Assembly: GCA_043228905.1 (NCBI GenBank)
Contig: JBHGNT010000011.1
Span: forward strand, 6,262,001 to 6,326,000
Reading direction: 5' to 3'
From: Azolla caroliniana
Taxonomy: Eukaryota; Plantae; Polypodiophyta
Length of the DNA stretch: 64,000 bases
How positions within the stretch are numbered: position 1 is the stretch's first letter; the number at the start of each line of letters is the position of its first letter. The notes beneath the pieces are model-generated. The model saw nothing but the letters and a program-made list of their open reading frames with translations. It searched no databases and was not told the DNA's origin. Made by a program: the position numbers and the translations under genes. Positions 36,915-50,156 of this stretch are shown piece after piece.

Positions 36915-39162
36915 CAAACGACTTGGGAAGGCATCGTTGGAGGGGGGATAATGTCAAGATTCGAACTCTTGACATGACCAAGTTATAATCGAGTGTTATG
37001 TGTTAACCACACAACTAACATATAATCATGTATATACTTCCTCATTGTAGGTTTTAGCTAGCATCATGTGCATAATTTCTCCCTTCTATTATTTACACTT
37101 GGCACATGCATGCGTACCTACTGCCTACATGCTCTATTGTATCACATGCGTGCAACAAGTGTGCATGCCACTTAGTATAAATAGTTGAGTTCACCTTGAA
37201 GGAATTGAAGGTGAACAATGCCAGTCATGGACATATCAATCTAGTATTCTCATTTCGCCCAATCTTATCTCCTTAATCTTCATCTCTATCTTTATGCTCT
37301 TGTGTCATTCCGTCATCGCTCCTTCATAGCCTCATCATCCGTGCTCCATCTTAGTCCACGCTTGGTGTGTCCGTGACAAATACAAGGCTCGATTGGTGGC
37401 CAAAGGATATGCACTGACCCACGACATTGACTACGACGAGACCTTCACACCGGTAGCGAAGATGACAACGGTTTGTGTGGTGCTGACAGTCGCAGCAGCA
37501 AGGGGGTGGTATCTCCACCAGATGGACGTGAAGAATGCATGTCTTCAAGGAGATCATGAAGAACAAGTATACATGGTCCAGCCCCCGAGATTTCAGTCGG
37601 AACTGAACAAGTCAGCAATATGCCGAGTAAAGAAGTCACTTTACGGCCTCAAGCAAGCCCCTCGTTCTTGGAACTCAAAAATCACGCACCAATTGCATAA
37701 GATGGGGTTTGCAACCTCCAAATCCAGCTCTTCTTTGTTCATTCAAAAAGGTCAGAAAGGTCCAGTTTGCATTCTGTTGTATGTAGACGACCTGGTCATC
37801 ACCGAACCCGACCTTGCTGAAATCGGCAAAGTAAAGTCCAAGTTGTTGGACACGTTCGAGATGAAGGACCCGGGGGACCTTCACTACTTCCTCGGGATCG
37901 AAGTGATCCATAGCCCCGACGGCATATTGTTATCCCAATGACATTACATGTTGAATATGTTGTACAAATTCGGCACGACGGATTGCCGATCCGTCTACAA
38001 AAGCCTGAAGCTACGTCCCAACTTGGGAGCAGCTTGTGATGAGAAGCCGTTTCGACAAATTGTCGGAAGCCTAATATATTTATCTATCCCCCAACCCGAC
38101 CTTAGCTATCTAGTTGGTGTGATAAGTCAATTCATGCAAAGACCGACTGTCAAGCACCTTTTGTGCGCACACCAAATTTTGTGATATGTGAGCAGCATGA
38201 AGGATCGGGGATTGTTGTACCAACATAGTATAGCAGAACGGCTAGTCGGCTATATTGATGCCGACTAGGCTGGAGATGCGATAGACCGAAGGTCGACATC
38301 CGGTTTCATGTTTTCTCTTGGGAGCACAGTAGTAGCATGGAGTAGCAAGACGCAGCCGACAATGGGATTATCAAGCACCAAAGCTTAGTATCGAGGAGCC
38401 ACCGTCGCAACTTGTGAAGCTATATGGCTTCGACAACTGTTCCAGGACTTACAGGTCGAAGTTCCCGCTTCGATCCCAATCTACTACGACAACATCAACA
38501 ACATGCAGTTGGCCAAGAACCTTGCATTCTATGCTCGCACGAAGCACATAGAAGTGCATTATCACTTTGTGCATGAGCGGGTTCTGAGGGGTGAAGTCGA
38601 ACTCAGATATGTTCGAACCGATCCGCAAGTCGCCGCCATCTTCACCAAGGCGCTCAAATCGGACAAGTTGCAACACTTTTCGGAGATGCTTGGGTTACAG
38701 CATCTCGATGTGCCGCACTTGAGGGGGAGAATAGGTGGAGCAACATGGGGAGAGCAACAGGAGGAAACCGAAGAAGATGCCGAATCAACTAAAGAAGTCG
38801 ACACATCTAGAAGAGCCAGAGCAAGCCGCAAAGGCGGCAAAGTCAAGAAGGACGGAGCCGACCAAAGGAAAAAGGCTAGGACCAAGACATTGTCAGATGT
38901 AGTCAAGGGCCTAAAGAAGGATGATGAATTGGAGATAGCCAATTCGGTCGAGTAGTTCAATTTGGATGAGTTGAATCACATGAAGGCGGAGCGAACGAGA
39001 GGGCAAATGAAGTTGATGCCAACACGGAGGAACCAAAGGGTCGAGAAGCATCAATGTCACAACATCGAGGGAGCTGAGAAGGGCCTAATGAGTAGACAAG
39101 CCAAGATTACTAGGAAGTTATATTCCTAGGAGTTAGTGCAAGTACCTCAGTTATGAGCATTG

Positions 39163-39638
39163 TGTTGAGAAATCGTTGCGGAATTTAAATCACAATGAAC
39201 GGACAATGCTGAAATACGAAAAGCTAAAAAAAACAAGATAGACAACTATGCACAGAGATTTACGTGGACACCCTAAAACGGGAGAAAACCACGGGAATAG
39301 ATCTTCACTATGGGTAGTGGATATACAACAACAAAGAGGATTACAACACTCTTACGAGTGGATCAGCCACACAGGGCCCTTCGCGTCTGTTGTTACTCAC
39401 ATAGCTATGGCGCGGCTCACACACCTCCTCTCGCTTTGAACACACACGCAATTATGTTCTCTTCTATTCTACCATCTTAAAGTTTGCCCTAGTTGCATAT
39501 ATACTTACACAACTTTCTGGCTATTTACATACCTAGCCCTCATGGGGCGCACATTGAGACTATTTACAAGTATGGTCTCCCGAGTTAGCTATATACACGA
39601 TTCCGGTTTCGGCCCACTGGAGGGACATATCCCCCACA
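39163..39638 (-). mobile_element. Solo LTR related to copia X LTRs
   Basis: Minus-strand start TGTGGGGGATATGTCCCTCC; shared promoter and U5 blocks; TSD CATTG/CATCG. Confidence 0.8.
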
Positions 39639-39784
39639 CATCGAAGTACTTTGGTCAGTCCTTTATGGGCTTGTATAAAAAGTGCTCTCTGAGCACATTT
39701 GACTGTACAAAGTGTTATTTTGAAATCGAGTTTTCTGTGTTCTACTCTCTCTCTGTCTCTCCCTGTATTCTTTGTGTATTTCAA

Positions 39785-40420
39785 CTCTGATTATGCTCGT
39801 TGGGAAAAGGAAGCCAATGTTGCTTCCCAAGTTGGTAGGCTTCGCAAAATTGGCCCTTCTGGCTACTAAATTTTGGCAAGCCAAAAACAATGTTCTTCGT
39901 CGGCATCTCTTGAAGACGCGGAAAGTTGACATGGCCGATCCGCTTGTGCCACAAATTGATGTCAAATTCGACTTTCTATCCTTTGGCGAACATAGCGGTG
40001 TTGATGTCGTTTGTTTCAAGGATGAACATCCTCCCTTCTCTGCACCCTTGCGCGATGATCCGGCATTCATCCTCAATGAAGCACTCATGGTGAGTGAATC
40101 GGACTTGCATGCCCTAATAAATTATCTGTCCGACCGACACCAAATTCTTGGTGGTCGGCACATACAGGACGTTCCTCATAATCCTCTCTGGCCAACATGG
40201 CTTAGAGGGACATCTCTGATATGCTCGATGGGTTGAGGGGTGTCGTCGCTAGTCTCGACGACTCTTGGTTGTTCCAACTTCTCCAAAGTTGAGAACCACT
40301 CTTTATGGTTTGTCATGTAATTTAACACGCCGGAGTCCACGTACCACACCTCATTTGGCTTCAAGGTGCTCACTCCAATTCTCGGTTGGCTTTGTGCTTC
40401 ATGACAAATGCAAGGCCCGC
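39785..40420 (-). mobile_element. Copia protease / GAG-pre-integrase fragment
   Basis: WYVDSG..YMT, NVLY..KNLVSVGQ, LWHKRIGHVN...CEA.QLGKQH across frameshifts. Confidence 0.8.
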
Positions 40421-40421
40421 T

Positions 40422-40812
40422 CTGGCATCACCTATCACAACCATTACCACCAATGTATACTTTCCCCCATCTACCTTCACCATGGTTATGGATTGGTTTC
40501 AAGAGTTTGGTGGTTTGAATCTTATCTTTAGGTATTTCTTGAATTACATGTACACAAGTATCTAAAATTTTAATGCCATGAGAAAATTATCTGTACTATT
40601 CCATTTTTGTTAATCACTGGCATCACCTATCACAACCATTACCACCAATGTATACTTTCCCCCCTCTACCTTCACCATGGTTATGGATTGGTTTCAAGAG
40701 TTTGGTGGTTTGAATCTTATCTTTTAGGTATTTCTTGAATTACATGTACTCAAGTATCTAAAATTTTAATGCCATGAGAAAATTATCTGTTCTATTCCAT
40801 TTTTGTTAATCA
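40422..40812. repeat. ~195-bp near-identical tandem duplication
   Basis: CTGGCATCACCTATCACAACC...TTTTGTTAATCAC at 40422 and 40617. Confidence 0.92.
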
Positions 40813-41703
40813 CCAACTATTCTAATGGTTTTTTCATGCAATGCATTTATCATGCAACCTATTGAGCAATAAAGGTGCAATATTTGATCCTCGTTTCACA
40901 ACTCTATGGTGAGAAACACAATAGTATAATATTGAATCCTTTATTGCATTGTTTGAACTTCATGTCACCCTGAACCCTCAACTTTCATATCACCTTGTTT
41001 TGCCATGTCTGCATATAAGAAAAATGTCTTGGTGGATGAGTGCTTTATTTTATTATACGACAGTATCAAGTGCTTGGAAACACATTACTTGTCAAAAGAA
41101 ACATCTGTATTTGTCGAAGTCACAACTCACTATCTTGATGTTACTAATAACTATCCATGGTACCATCTTCCAACTTTGATATGAGTTCACAAGAGATTTA
41201 TGAGGAGACAAAATTAGTCGTTCCAATAAGACAAAAGATGTATAATGGCTTAAGAATTGGCAAATGATGCCGAAGTGCCACATGTATCATGGTACTACAG
41301 TCCAACTTTGATACAAGTTGACGGGAAGGCTCTCTTCATGAGATTCATGTGTAAACAAAATAAGTCGTTTGAATAAGAAAAAGATGTATAATGGCTTGAG
41401 AATCAGCATATTATGCCAAAGTGCCACATGGACTAGTCTATTCTGAAGACACCGTTCTTTTATCAGCATATATTGATGAAGCAGCAAAAGCATCAAATAG
41501 GTTGACAAGAGAAAAGAAACCTCATAAGAAGGGGTTTAGGTGTAGTGGCTTGAACCTTTGTAACCACATTCCACCCCCTGGTGCTATAGGCCGAGAGTTC
41601 AACCTCCCACAGATGATAATTGAGCCCCATTAAGAGAGATAACAAATGATAATTGAGCCCCATTAAGAGAGAGAACAAATGTGATAAGTTTATCTCTACC
41701 TTT

Positions 41704-42022
41704 TCACTCATTTCTCTTCTTAGCCTTGTAAGTTTCCTTTAGGAAAAGCCTAGCAAGGGTTCCTTTCAATGTATTGCTTTTGTGAGAAGTTTGGGCCTCT
41801 TCTGGTTCAGTGAGTTTTTGTGGTAAAGTATGGCTCTTGTTGGAGAACCTGGGGAATCTTGGAATGAAACCCTTGCTTTTATCATAATCTGGTGAAGGAG
41901 GAGACTTCATATGATCTCTCATCGACAACCTTCGGATCATCTTGAAGTTACTTGTTCTCATTACCTGTGGGTGTGCATCACAACTTCGTCGCCCATCCAT
42001 ACCATTAACATGTGAATGATTC
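41704..42022 (-). CDS. STI: STICHEL-like terminal exon 5
   Basis: Polypyrimidine-CAG acceptor at 42023; phase matches exon 4; stop at 41704. Confidence 0.6.
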
Positions 42023-42480
42023 CTGAGAAAGAAAGACAGAGAGTTGGATGAACCATTGGATATACCACAAGTGTGTTAAGGCACCTGAGAAGAATGATCT
42101 ATCAATATACCATGCAAAAGGATGCCTATGAAACGCAAAAAAACTAGATCGCAAGGAATATTATAACATGATTGTTCTGCCCAACATTGTAAGCTGATTA
42201 GAACCTACATTGTTAAGGAAAAACACAAGGGAAGTAAGCATCTTTCACACATGGAAAAAATGTCAAAAAGCTCATAATGCAGAATATTGTTTCAGAAGGA
42301 CAAGTAGGTGAAGCATGTTTCCCACATTTGAAAAAATGTTGGAAAAAAAAACAATTCTTGTCAATATTCAAGAAAAAGTAGAAAATTCATAAAAAGGTTT
42401 TTTTTATTTTAAAAAAAAGACAGTTAACAAAATCACAAAATATTTTTTATTATGTTAAGCAGAACCAAACATTCATTCAC

Positions 42481-42979
42481 CTGCTTTTTTCATGCAAGAC
42501 AGCTAGACCATGAGACTCTAGAGAGAGTGCCTCTATGCCATCTCCACTTCTCCCTCTTTCAAAGCAAGATTCATATCCCAAGTGTGTGTCTCGTCTCATA
42601 TTGTTCCGCGTAACGTACATTACCGGGCAGAAAGAACCCGAAGTGGATGGATGATTGCTTTCCTCATAACAACCATTTATAGACTGTTTTTGGAAAACTC
42701 GTTGACCTTGCAATGTTGGAGATTTCAATAAGACTTCACCATCCTTGTAACAGCCATTTATGGAATGTTTTTCAATAATTTGATGTTGTTCACCTTGACA
42801 TGTTGGTGCTGGTTTATATAACCGATTAACTGAGGTTTCCGGGAGGGAAGCTAGAGATGCCCTTACTTCAACAGGGAAGCCCAACACTGATTCAAATAGA
42901 ATTGCAATGCTCTTCTCGGAACTCTGAAAGCTGTGCATGTGATTTGGATCCAAAACATCCACATTAACAACTGCATCAA
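42481..42979 (-). CDS. STI: STICHEL-like exon 4
   Basis: AG/GT boundaries in phase; SIA..FESVLG.PVEVR. Confidence 0.75.
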
Positions 42980-43238
42980 CTGCCAAACCACAAGTGTGTT
43001 AAGGCATATATGAGTAATGAATAGCATATGCAACTGTTCTTCAGACTTGAGCATTCCAATGTTTGTGGAGAAACGTGCACAAGGTTCACCAAAAATAAAC
43101 TGTTTTGTATAAGGGAAATATAATTTCTGGCAGAATTTAATACAAATTTAATATAGAGACAAGAAACTTGACCACTAATTAGTAATGAAAACATTTCCTA
43201 ACACTGCTCGGGATAGTGTGAAGTTAATGAATGCATAC

Positions 43239-43874
43239 CTTCAGAAATAGAGATAGATACAAGTTTGACACTCAAACGAAGTAGCTCCTTCAAATGTTGT
43301 GATCGGCATTTCTCAACTACAGCATGCCAAATGTCATTCAGCTTTGCATAATTATGCCCATCAACAATGCGATCAAATCGCTTTTCCGATCCATCGCCAC
43401 CTTGAAAACCAGGCAACTTCTCTGAACCTTGTAATGATCCATTGTGGAAATCCTCAATTTTCGAAGTTTCTTCAACCTGAACTTTTCCTCTCGATTCTCG
43501 TGCAGGGAAGTCTTTCACGGATCGCTCATTACATGTATTTTTGGAGCTCTTGACATGTATTGATTCTTGATTTTCATTTGGAGGCCTATCCATATTAGTC
43601 TCGTTCTCCTCAACCCAAGGTTGTCTTCCAGATGATGAACGATGCTCAAAATCTTCACCTACACCATCATCAAGTGCAACGGAGCTCTGTGTTACACTCG
43701 TCCCTTCACATGAAGCAGGGAAGATTTTATGTGAGTTAATATGATGATGAGGACCAAGTTGGAGGAGAGCTGCAGTTAACCAAGTAGCCCTATCATTAGA
43801 AGCTCTAAGCTGTTTTTCAGCCTCTACCAAAGGCTTCATTGCCATTCTCAATCTCTCCAATTTCGCTTCCGACA
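43239..43874 (-). CDS. STI: STICHEL-like exon 3
   Basis: AG/GT boundaries in phase; LERLR.A.K.L.EAEKQLR.SNDR.TWLTAALLQL; IW..VVEKC.S. Confidence 0.85.
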
Positions 43875-44391
43875 CTGGCAAAAACAAAATAAACAGTTTA
43901 TCCAAAACACTCAACAAATACTGATGTGATGCATCTTCAGAAGCGTAAAATCCTAGGCAAAATAACATGCAAGTCATGCTCCATAAGTAAAGATAGGCAT
44001 GACAATTTGCATTTGAATATATTCATAAAACTGGATTCTTTTAGTATAGGCATGTGTACACGCAAAACAAAAATGTTTCACAAAGAATAAGCACAAAAAG
44101 AAAATTCATCAGTACATATACCCATTAAAATTGCATTGATTTGGATAGGCATAAAAACTGGATTCATGAGCATTATTGACATACGAAAAGAAATGGTTTA
44201 ATGAAGGATATGCACAAAAAGACAATGAATTCATGAGTATAGAAATGCATAAGAAAAAATGCACTGATTTTCTCAAGGCATTAAAAAAATGGATTCATTG
44301 ATAATATGCACAAATGGATTCATTAACAGATTCATGCTTATAAATGGATTCATCAAAAAGATGCTCAAAAAAATAATGGATTCATACTTAC

Positions 44392-44608
44392 AAGGCTGCT
44401 TTCTGAAAAACCCTTTACTTTGGTTTTCCGTAAACTTGAAGCTTCCTGCTAGAATATCAGTGATCGAAGTGGCCAATCGTGACATCAAGGAGAGAGGTTC
44501 AACACCAGAATCGATGAGCTCCCGTGCCTTCCTTACAATTGCCACAGTATCTGCTTGCAAAGCAGAATCCAATAAACTTAGCATTTTTTCATCGGATGCT
44601 GAACCTAC
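44392..44608 (-). CDS. STI: STICHEL-like exon 2
   Basis: AG/GT boundaries; VG..SDEK...LLD.AL.ADT...V..AREL..SGVEPL.LMS.LA..ITDILAG. Confidence 0.88.
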
Positions 44609-45358
44609 CTGAAAAAAAGGCAGCACTTCCTATAAGTCAAGATTAAGAGGAAGAAAACTTGATCAAACCACTGAAGCACTAGTATTATCAATGAACCCTT
44701 CACCCCATAGGAGTGTAACAATGGAGGTGTTTTTGAGGGTTTGGTGTCATATACCCTGAAAGTAAATATACAATTGCATTCTATTGCTTTCATCTACCCC
44801 CCCTTCTAAACATACGTTCAATGAATATATACATGCATGCATACATTAGCAAAGAGTAAAGATATAACAATTTTGGATGGACAAATGACATGAAATGAAC
44901 ATATGCATGGTGTATCCACAATCAATCGCCTTCAATGATGTGGATTGAACATGTGCATGTTGGATCAACAATCCGTTGCCTTGATAAACTTGGCTACGTC
45001 CGCCTCCTCGCCCATTTACTAGGCTCTCAGAGTGGACAAAGAGATAGGCTCTACCCACTATGCCATTCATTCTAAGGTCCTTCGATCGATACGCATCATA
45101 TTAGCTGTCTATGTAAAAAGCTATGGGGACATCCATGGATTGAGAGGAATATAGTCTGAACCCAATCTATTCAAACAATTGGTAGATTACAGGAATTCCC
45201 TGAATTTCTTGTTGTCTATGAACATACAACACATCCGTATTCAGATAGATAACAACATGTAGATCATCAAAGTATGACATCCGTTCAACAAAAGATACAT
45301 ACAGGTGGTAGAGAATTCATCGCTACAGGTTAAAGGAAGAGGTGAAGTATATGCATAC

Positions 45359-47104
45359 CAGCTCATAAACTGTCGAAGATTTGATGGGGTGTCCTAACAA
45401 GCTCACTTGATCAAGAATTATCTCCGCATCCCGCAGAGAACCTTCGGACCTTGATGCAATCAATTGTAATGCATCAATATCTATCATGAGATCTTCCAAA
45501 GCAGCTAGCTTTTGCAGCCTTTCAACGATCTCCGACTCTCTGATCTTCATGAATGGAAACCTTTGGCATCTTGAGACAGCAGTTCGAGGAAGCCGATCGG
45601 GATCAGTTGTGGTAAGAATAAAGACCACATTTAGGGGGGGCTCCTCCAATATCTTCAGGAGTGCATTCCACGTCTCCAAGGTTAACACATGACACTCATC
45701 GATAACAAAGACCTTATACCAAGAGACGGGTGGAGACGAAAGCGTTTCCTCCAAAAGGCTCTTAACTCTCTCGATTCCATTGTTACTCGCTGCATCAACT
45801 TCTCTAACTTCCGAGCTCGTACCAGATGCAACACTAACACATTCTATACAAAGTCCACACGGGCGTGACCCATCGATCAATAAGCAAAGAAGGGCTGATG
45901 CAAAAATTCTTGCGACTGATGTTTTGCCGGTTCCTCTTGATCCATGAAAGAGATAGACCGGAGCAATCTTTCCTTTTGAAATTGCACTAGCCAGGGCTCG
46001 TGTCACAATGTGCTGACCCACCACATCCTCGAACACTTTGGGCCGATACTTTTGACTCAAATTTCGGGGCTTATATTCACAAAGTAATCCAAGTTCCTTG
46101 CACTCTGAGATATTAGTGATTTGTAGCTCTCCTTCTGTCATATTGTCCACCTTTACTAGTCCTCTTCTCTGATTGTCATGCTTATCTAGAGCAATACCAT
46201 TACAATATGACTCCAACTCTAGCTCTCCTTCAAGCTCACTCATTGATATCCTTCCATCGCTATTATCAGAAGATCCCCCATACTCTTCACTGCCATTATA
46301 GCCCTCCAATTTAGTTTGTGTCCACCTTGAAGGAATTCGATGGAAACGAGATCTCAAAGATTTCTTTTGGTAAGAGACAATCCCTGAACTTTGTGATTCG
46401 TCATCAGTACTTACATCGCTATCTTCATCTTCGACTTCTTCATTCATATTATTATCATTGTGTTTATCAGAATAGCCCTCCAAGGGAAATGAATGATGTG
46501 TTATATCAGGCGAAGCTGAATGCATTATGCCATCACGAGGATGGAGGACCAAAGGAGAAAGAGTTTGTTTATTGATTTGCTTCAACCTATGTCCATGAGC
46601 TAACCTTGATGTTATACTGCTATGCTTCATTCTCCCATTCTCATCCTGATAGGAAGACAAAGACCCACCATAGCTTGTAAAACCACAAGGTTGTTGTTGC
46701 CGATTCCATATACTATTATTATAAGATGCTGATGCTGATGCTGCTTCAACACGATCCGGTGTTCTCCAATTGTGCAGAAAAGATGGTTCTTGTATCTGAG
46801 CTTCATCACATTCTAGCTCAAGCTTTTCAGAGAAATGGGTTCTTCTCACAGTATGTTGTTTTTTCACATTGATACTACTGCTATTAGCCTTACATCTAGT
46901 ACCATCTCTTCTGAACTGATGTTCCCCATCTTTAGCCTGGGATGAATCATTCTTTTCAGGTGAACAAATCTTGCATCCTTTCACTTCCATTAATGGTTTC
47001 CTGGAAGTACTTGATGATGTTGTGAATAATTCTAATGGAGACGGGTTCAGAGGAGAGGGCCCCTTCACTATATCGCTGGATTTCTGAGACGCTCCTCTGT
47101 TCAT
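45359..47104 (-). CDS. STI: STICHEL-like protein (DnaX gamma/tau-like AAA+), coding exon 1
   Basis: LSQKYRPK.F, Walker A GSRGTGKT, C..PCGLC.EC, DAAS, Walker B IDECH, SRCQ, GSLRDA; GT donor at 45358; start codon uncertain. Confidence 0.9.
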
Positions 47105-47931
47105 CTCTCTCAACAACAGGGGGAGCTCCCCTGTTTCTTCTTTCCCCGTCCCTATCTTGACTGCCTGATTGTTTGGGATTCTTGATTGCTTTGTTGCAAG
47201 ATCATGATATCATCATCATCATCATCATCCTCTCATTTTTTGTTGCCACTGCAGAAAGAAAGAGTTTTTAGGATTGACCAGAGAAACATAGGTGGATTGT
47301 TATTCAATTTTTGAAGAAAGCCATAAATGAATATGTGGAGACCTCTGTTCTACCCTGAATTGCAGATAAAAGTACCAGTTACGAACCTAAACCTAAACGC
47401 AATTACTCTGAAAGGGCACTGGCATTATCATAAATCCTAAAAGTCTTTCTTTAAACCTTGAACCCGATTTCAGGATCAACCATTTACCTAAACCCTAGAA
47501 ACCTAAATGAGCATCAGGCATTACCTAAACCGTAAATAAGGACCAGGAGTTTACCTAAACCCTAATTAAGGGTCAAGCGTTTACCTAAACCCAAAAACCC
47601 TGAATATGGGTCGTGCATGATCTAAACACGAAAGCCCAAACTTAAGACCAATCACTGTGATAAACCATAGTAAAAAATAAAAATAAAAAGACAAGGCATT
47701 ACTGGCATAAACCTTAAACTCCCAAAAAACCTAAACGCACAGGAAATGTTTGAAATGAGCTCAGAATGATTAAAGAAGAGAGAGTTCGATATGATCATAG
47801 TGTGTGCGTGCGTGCGTGCATGTGGTGTCTGTATAAGCAAGAAAAGACAACTTCACCTTGAACAAGATAAGTTCCTTCCAAGAGATTCTCTGTTCATTCA
47901 TATCTCTCACTCTGTCTATGTCTCTCTCTCT

Positions 47932-47963
<32 letters not shown>

Positions 47964-48699
47964 CAGAGTGTCTGTGGTTCATAGCAAGAAGAAAGCCAAG
48001 CCAAGCCAAGCCAAACAAAACAATGCTCTCTGTTCTGGTTGTGAAGCAGCAGAGGCACATTCACAAACAGGAATGAATGACAGGATTTGGATGTGGATGG
48101 ATGACTCATAAAACAACCATGATGATGAATGAAGACATGAGATGAGATGAGATTAGAAATTGGATGGGAGCACTGAAATTCTACTTCCTGACTGCTTTGC
48201 TGTTTGGTGTCAGCAGCATTCAAATTTCATTTATTCAGCAGGCAAAAAGAAAGGCATCTATTTCCTACTACATATGTACATACTACTTACATACTTAGTA
48301 TGTACTACTACTACTACTACTCTCTCTCTCTCTCTGTCTGTCTTTCTATTGGATCTATTCTATGTACATACATACACATATACATAGTCATCAGTAGACC
48401 AGAAACCCAAGTGAATGAAGCTCCCTCCTAGCCTCTAGGATCCAATCTGAATCTAATGATTCTTTCTAGATTCTATTCAGAACTAAATAAGCATTGTTTT
48501 CCTCACCACCTCATCTCCTCTACTCTCTCTGATCTCATCTCATCTCTAATATCATACATATACATAATACATATGTACATACACTACATTCTATGTTTTT
48601 GGCAGTACTATCTTAATTTTTCAACTATGTACCTAAACTGATAGCCAGTCATGGAAGTCTGTGCCTGTATTATGTGGTATCTGGATTCAGTACACATGT

Positions 48700-48801
48700 A
48701 TATGTATGTACATATATCATATATGTATGTGTATGCATGTATGTATGAGTATGTGTACGTGTGCATGTATGTGTATGTCTATGGGTACGTGTAGGCATGT
48801 A

Positions 48802-48856
<55 letters not shown>

Positions 48857-48920
48857 GAGTACGAGTACGTGTAGGCATGTATGTGTACGTGTATGTGTAT
48901 GCGTATGTGTATGATGCATA
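48700..48920. repeat. (GTATGT)n-type microsatellite
   Basis: Pure GTATGT run ~48799-48856 with degenerate flanks. Confidence 0.9.
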
Positions 48921-50101
48921 CACAATCCTCCGGACTAGAGATCCTTGGCTAACTATGCAGCTAGTTAGGTAGGCAGTTAGTCGGTCACAGTTCAGTTAAA
49001 GTCTCTTCTTCTTTTTCTCCTTTCTTCTTTTTAGAACGTTCCAGACCCTAACCCTAACCCTAACCCTAGCCCTAGAGAAGAAATGATATATTATCTGCAA
49101 TTATTCAACTCCCTCACTCTGAGAAGAGGTGGTTTTTTTTTTTTTTTATCATTTGGTTTTCCTTTTTAATTACTTAATTTGCAGTCCTTTTTTTTTTCTT
49201 CCTTCTTCTTCATCGTTGAATTTGTTTTTCTGTTTTCATTTTATTTGAATTTTGTTTTTGGGTTCTAGTTTTTTTTTAATCCTCTCTTAAATTGGTATCT
49301 TTATTATTATTGTTAGAAAATTATGTTTTCAAATTTTTGGTTTGTTTGGATTTTCATTCTTACCCTCAAATTTCTCCCAAAAATAACAATCAATAAATAT
49401 TTTTTCAATACTAAAAAAGCAAAAACTTGAGTGAGTGATTTAAAAGGCTTCAATTTTGAACTTTGAAAATTGAAAGGTTGAAATGGGAAGGAAGGAATGT
49501 GCTTTATGTTTTATATAGAGTTTGTTGGTGTTGGTTCACCTGTTAAAAATGAGCAAATGTATGCTATTTATTTGGTTGGATGTTCAATGGAAGCTCGCTT
49601 AAGTGCAAAAAGAGTGGTAAGAGGGCTCACCAGCAAGCTGGTTTTTGACAATACCATAGCATCTGTTGGTTCACTTGTTGTTGAATGAGCAATTGTATGC
49701 TATTTGGTTGGATGTACAGTGGAAACTCGCATATAAGTGTGAAAAGAGTGGTAAGAGAGTTGTCTTACCAGCGAGTTGGTTTTCAACATTGATCACCTTG
49801 TCACTCTTTGTTTGTCAGCATAGCCCGAGTACCTTGTACATACCACATTGGCATCTCCTTGGAGGCACTAGCTAACGCATGCTATCATTGTAGAACAAAT
49901 TAATTCCTTTGAATTCCATTACATGGGTTTGAACTTTCTAATAATTTACTTGTCTTTACGCTATTCCACCTATTCATTCCACTTGAACCTAAAAAATTTC
50001 AAGACTTTCATCATAGAATGTAAAGGAAGTTATTTCCTTCATAACAATACATACTTAAATAAATGCCCATCAAAATCCCAACCTAGAATGTAATGCATGC
50101 A

Positions 50102-50156
<55 letters not shown>

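Larger units (their letters stand above)
32238..37378 (+). mobile_element. Non-autonomous chromovirus-derived element C: LTRs 32238-32667 and 36952-37378
   Basis: ~430-bp direct LTRs; TSD GATAC/AATAC; PPT GGAGGGGGGATAA at 36939-36951; chromodomain remnant VKYLVLRKGY...FHQQYP at 33679-33775. Confidence 0.92.
31919..39160 (+). mobile_element. Copia family Y, degenerate linker-RT-RH (31919-32237 + 37379-~38955), split by element C
   Basis: YMAHHY..EPESF..WxxAM, KWVYKVK | YKARLVAKGY rejoin across the insertion; QMDVKNA, LYGLKQAP, LYVDD, ARTKHIEVHYHF. Confidence 0.88.

Noticed and set aside
45359-46070. Bacterial dnaX contamination or recent horizontal transfer
   Set aside because: Spliceosomal introns, a long plant-type N-terminus and STICHEL-specific downstream motifs; a known plant family.
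49045-49075. (CCCTAA)n as an interstitial telomere
   Set aside because: Only about four units; common simple motif.
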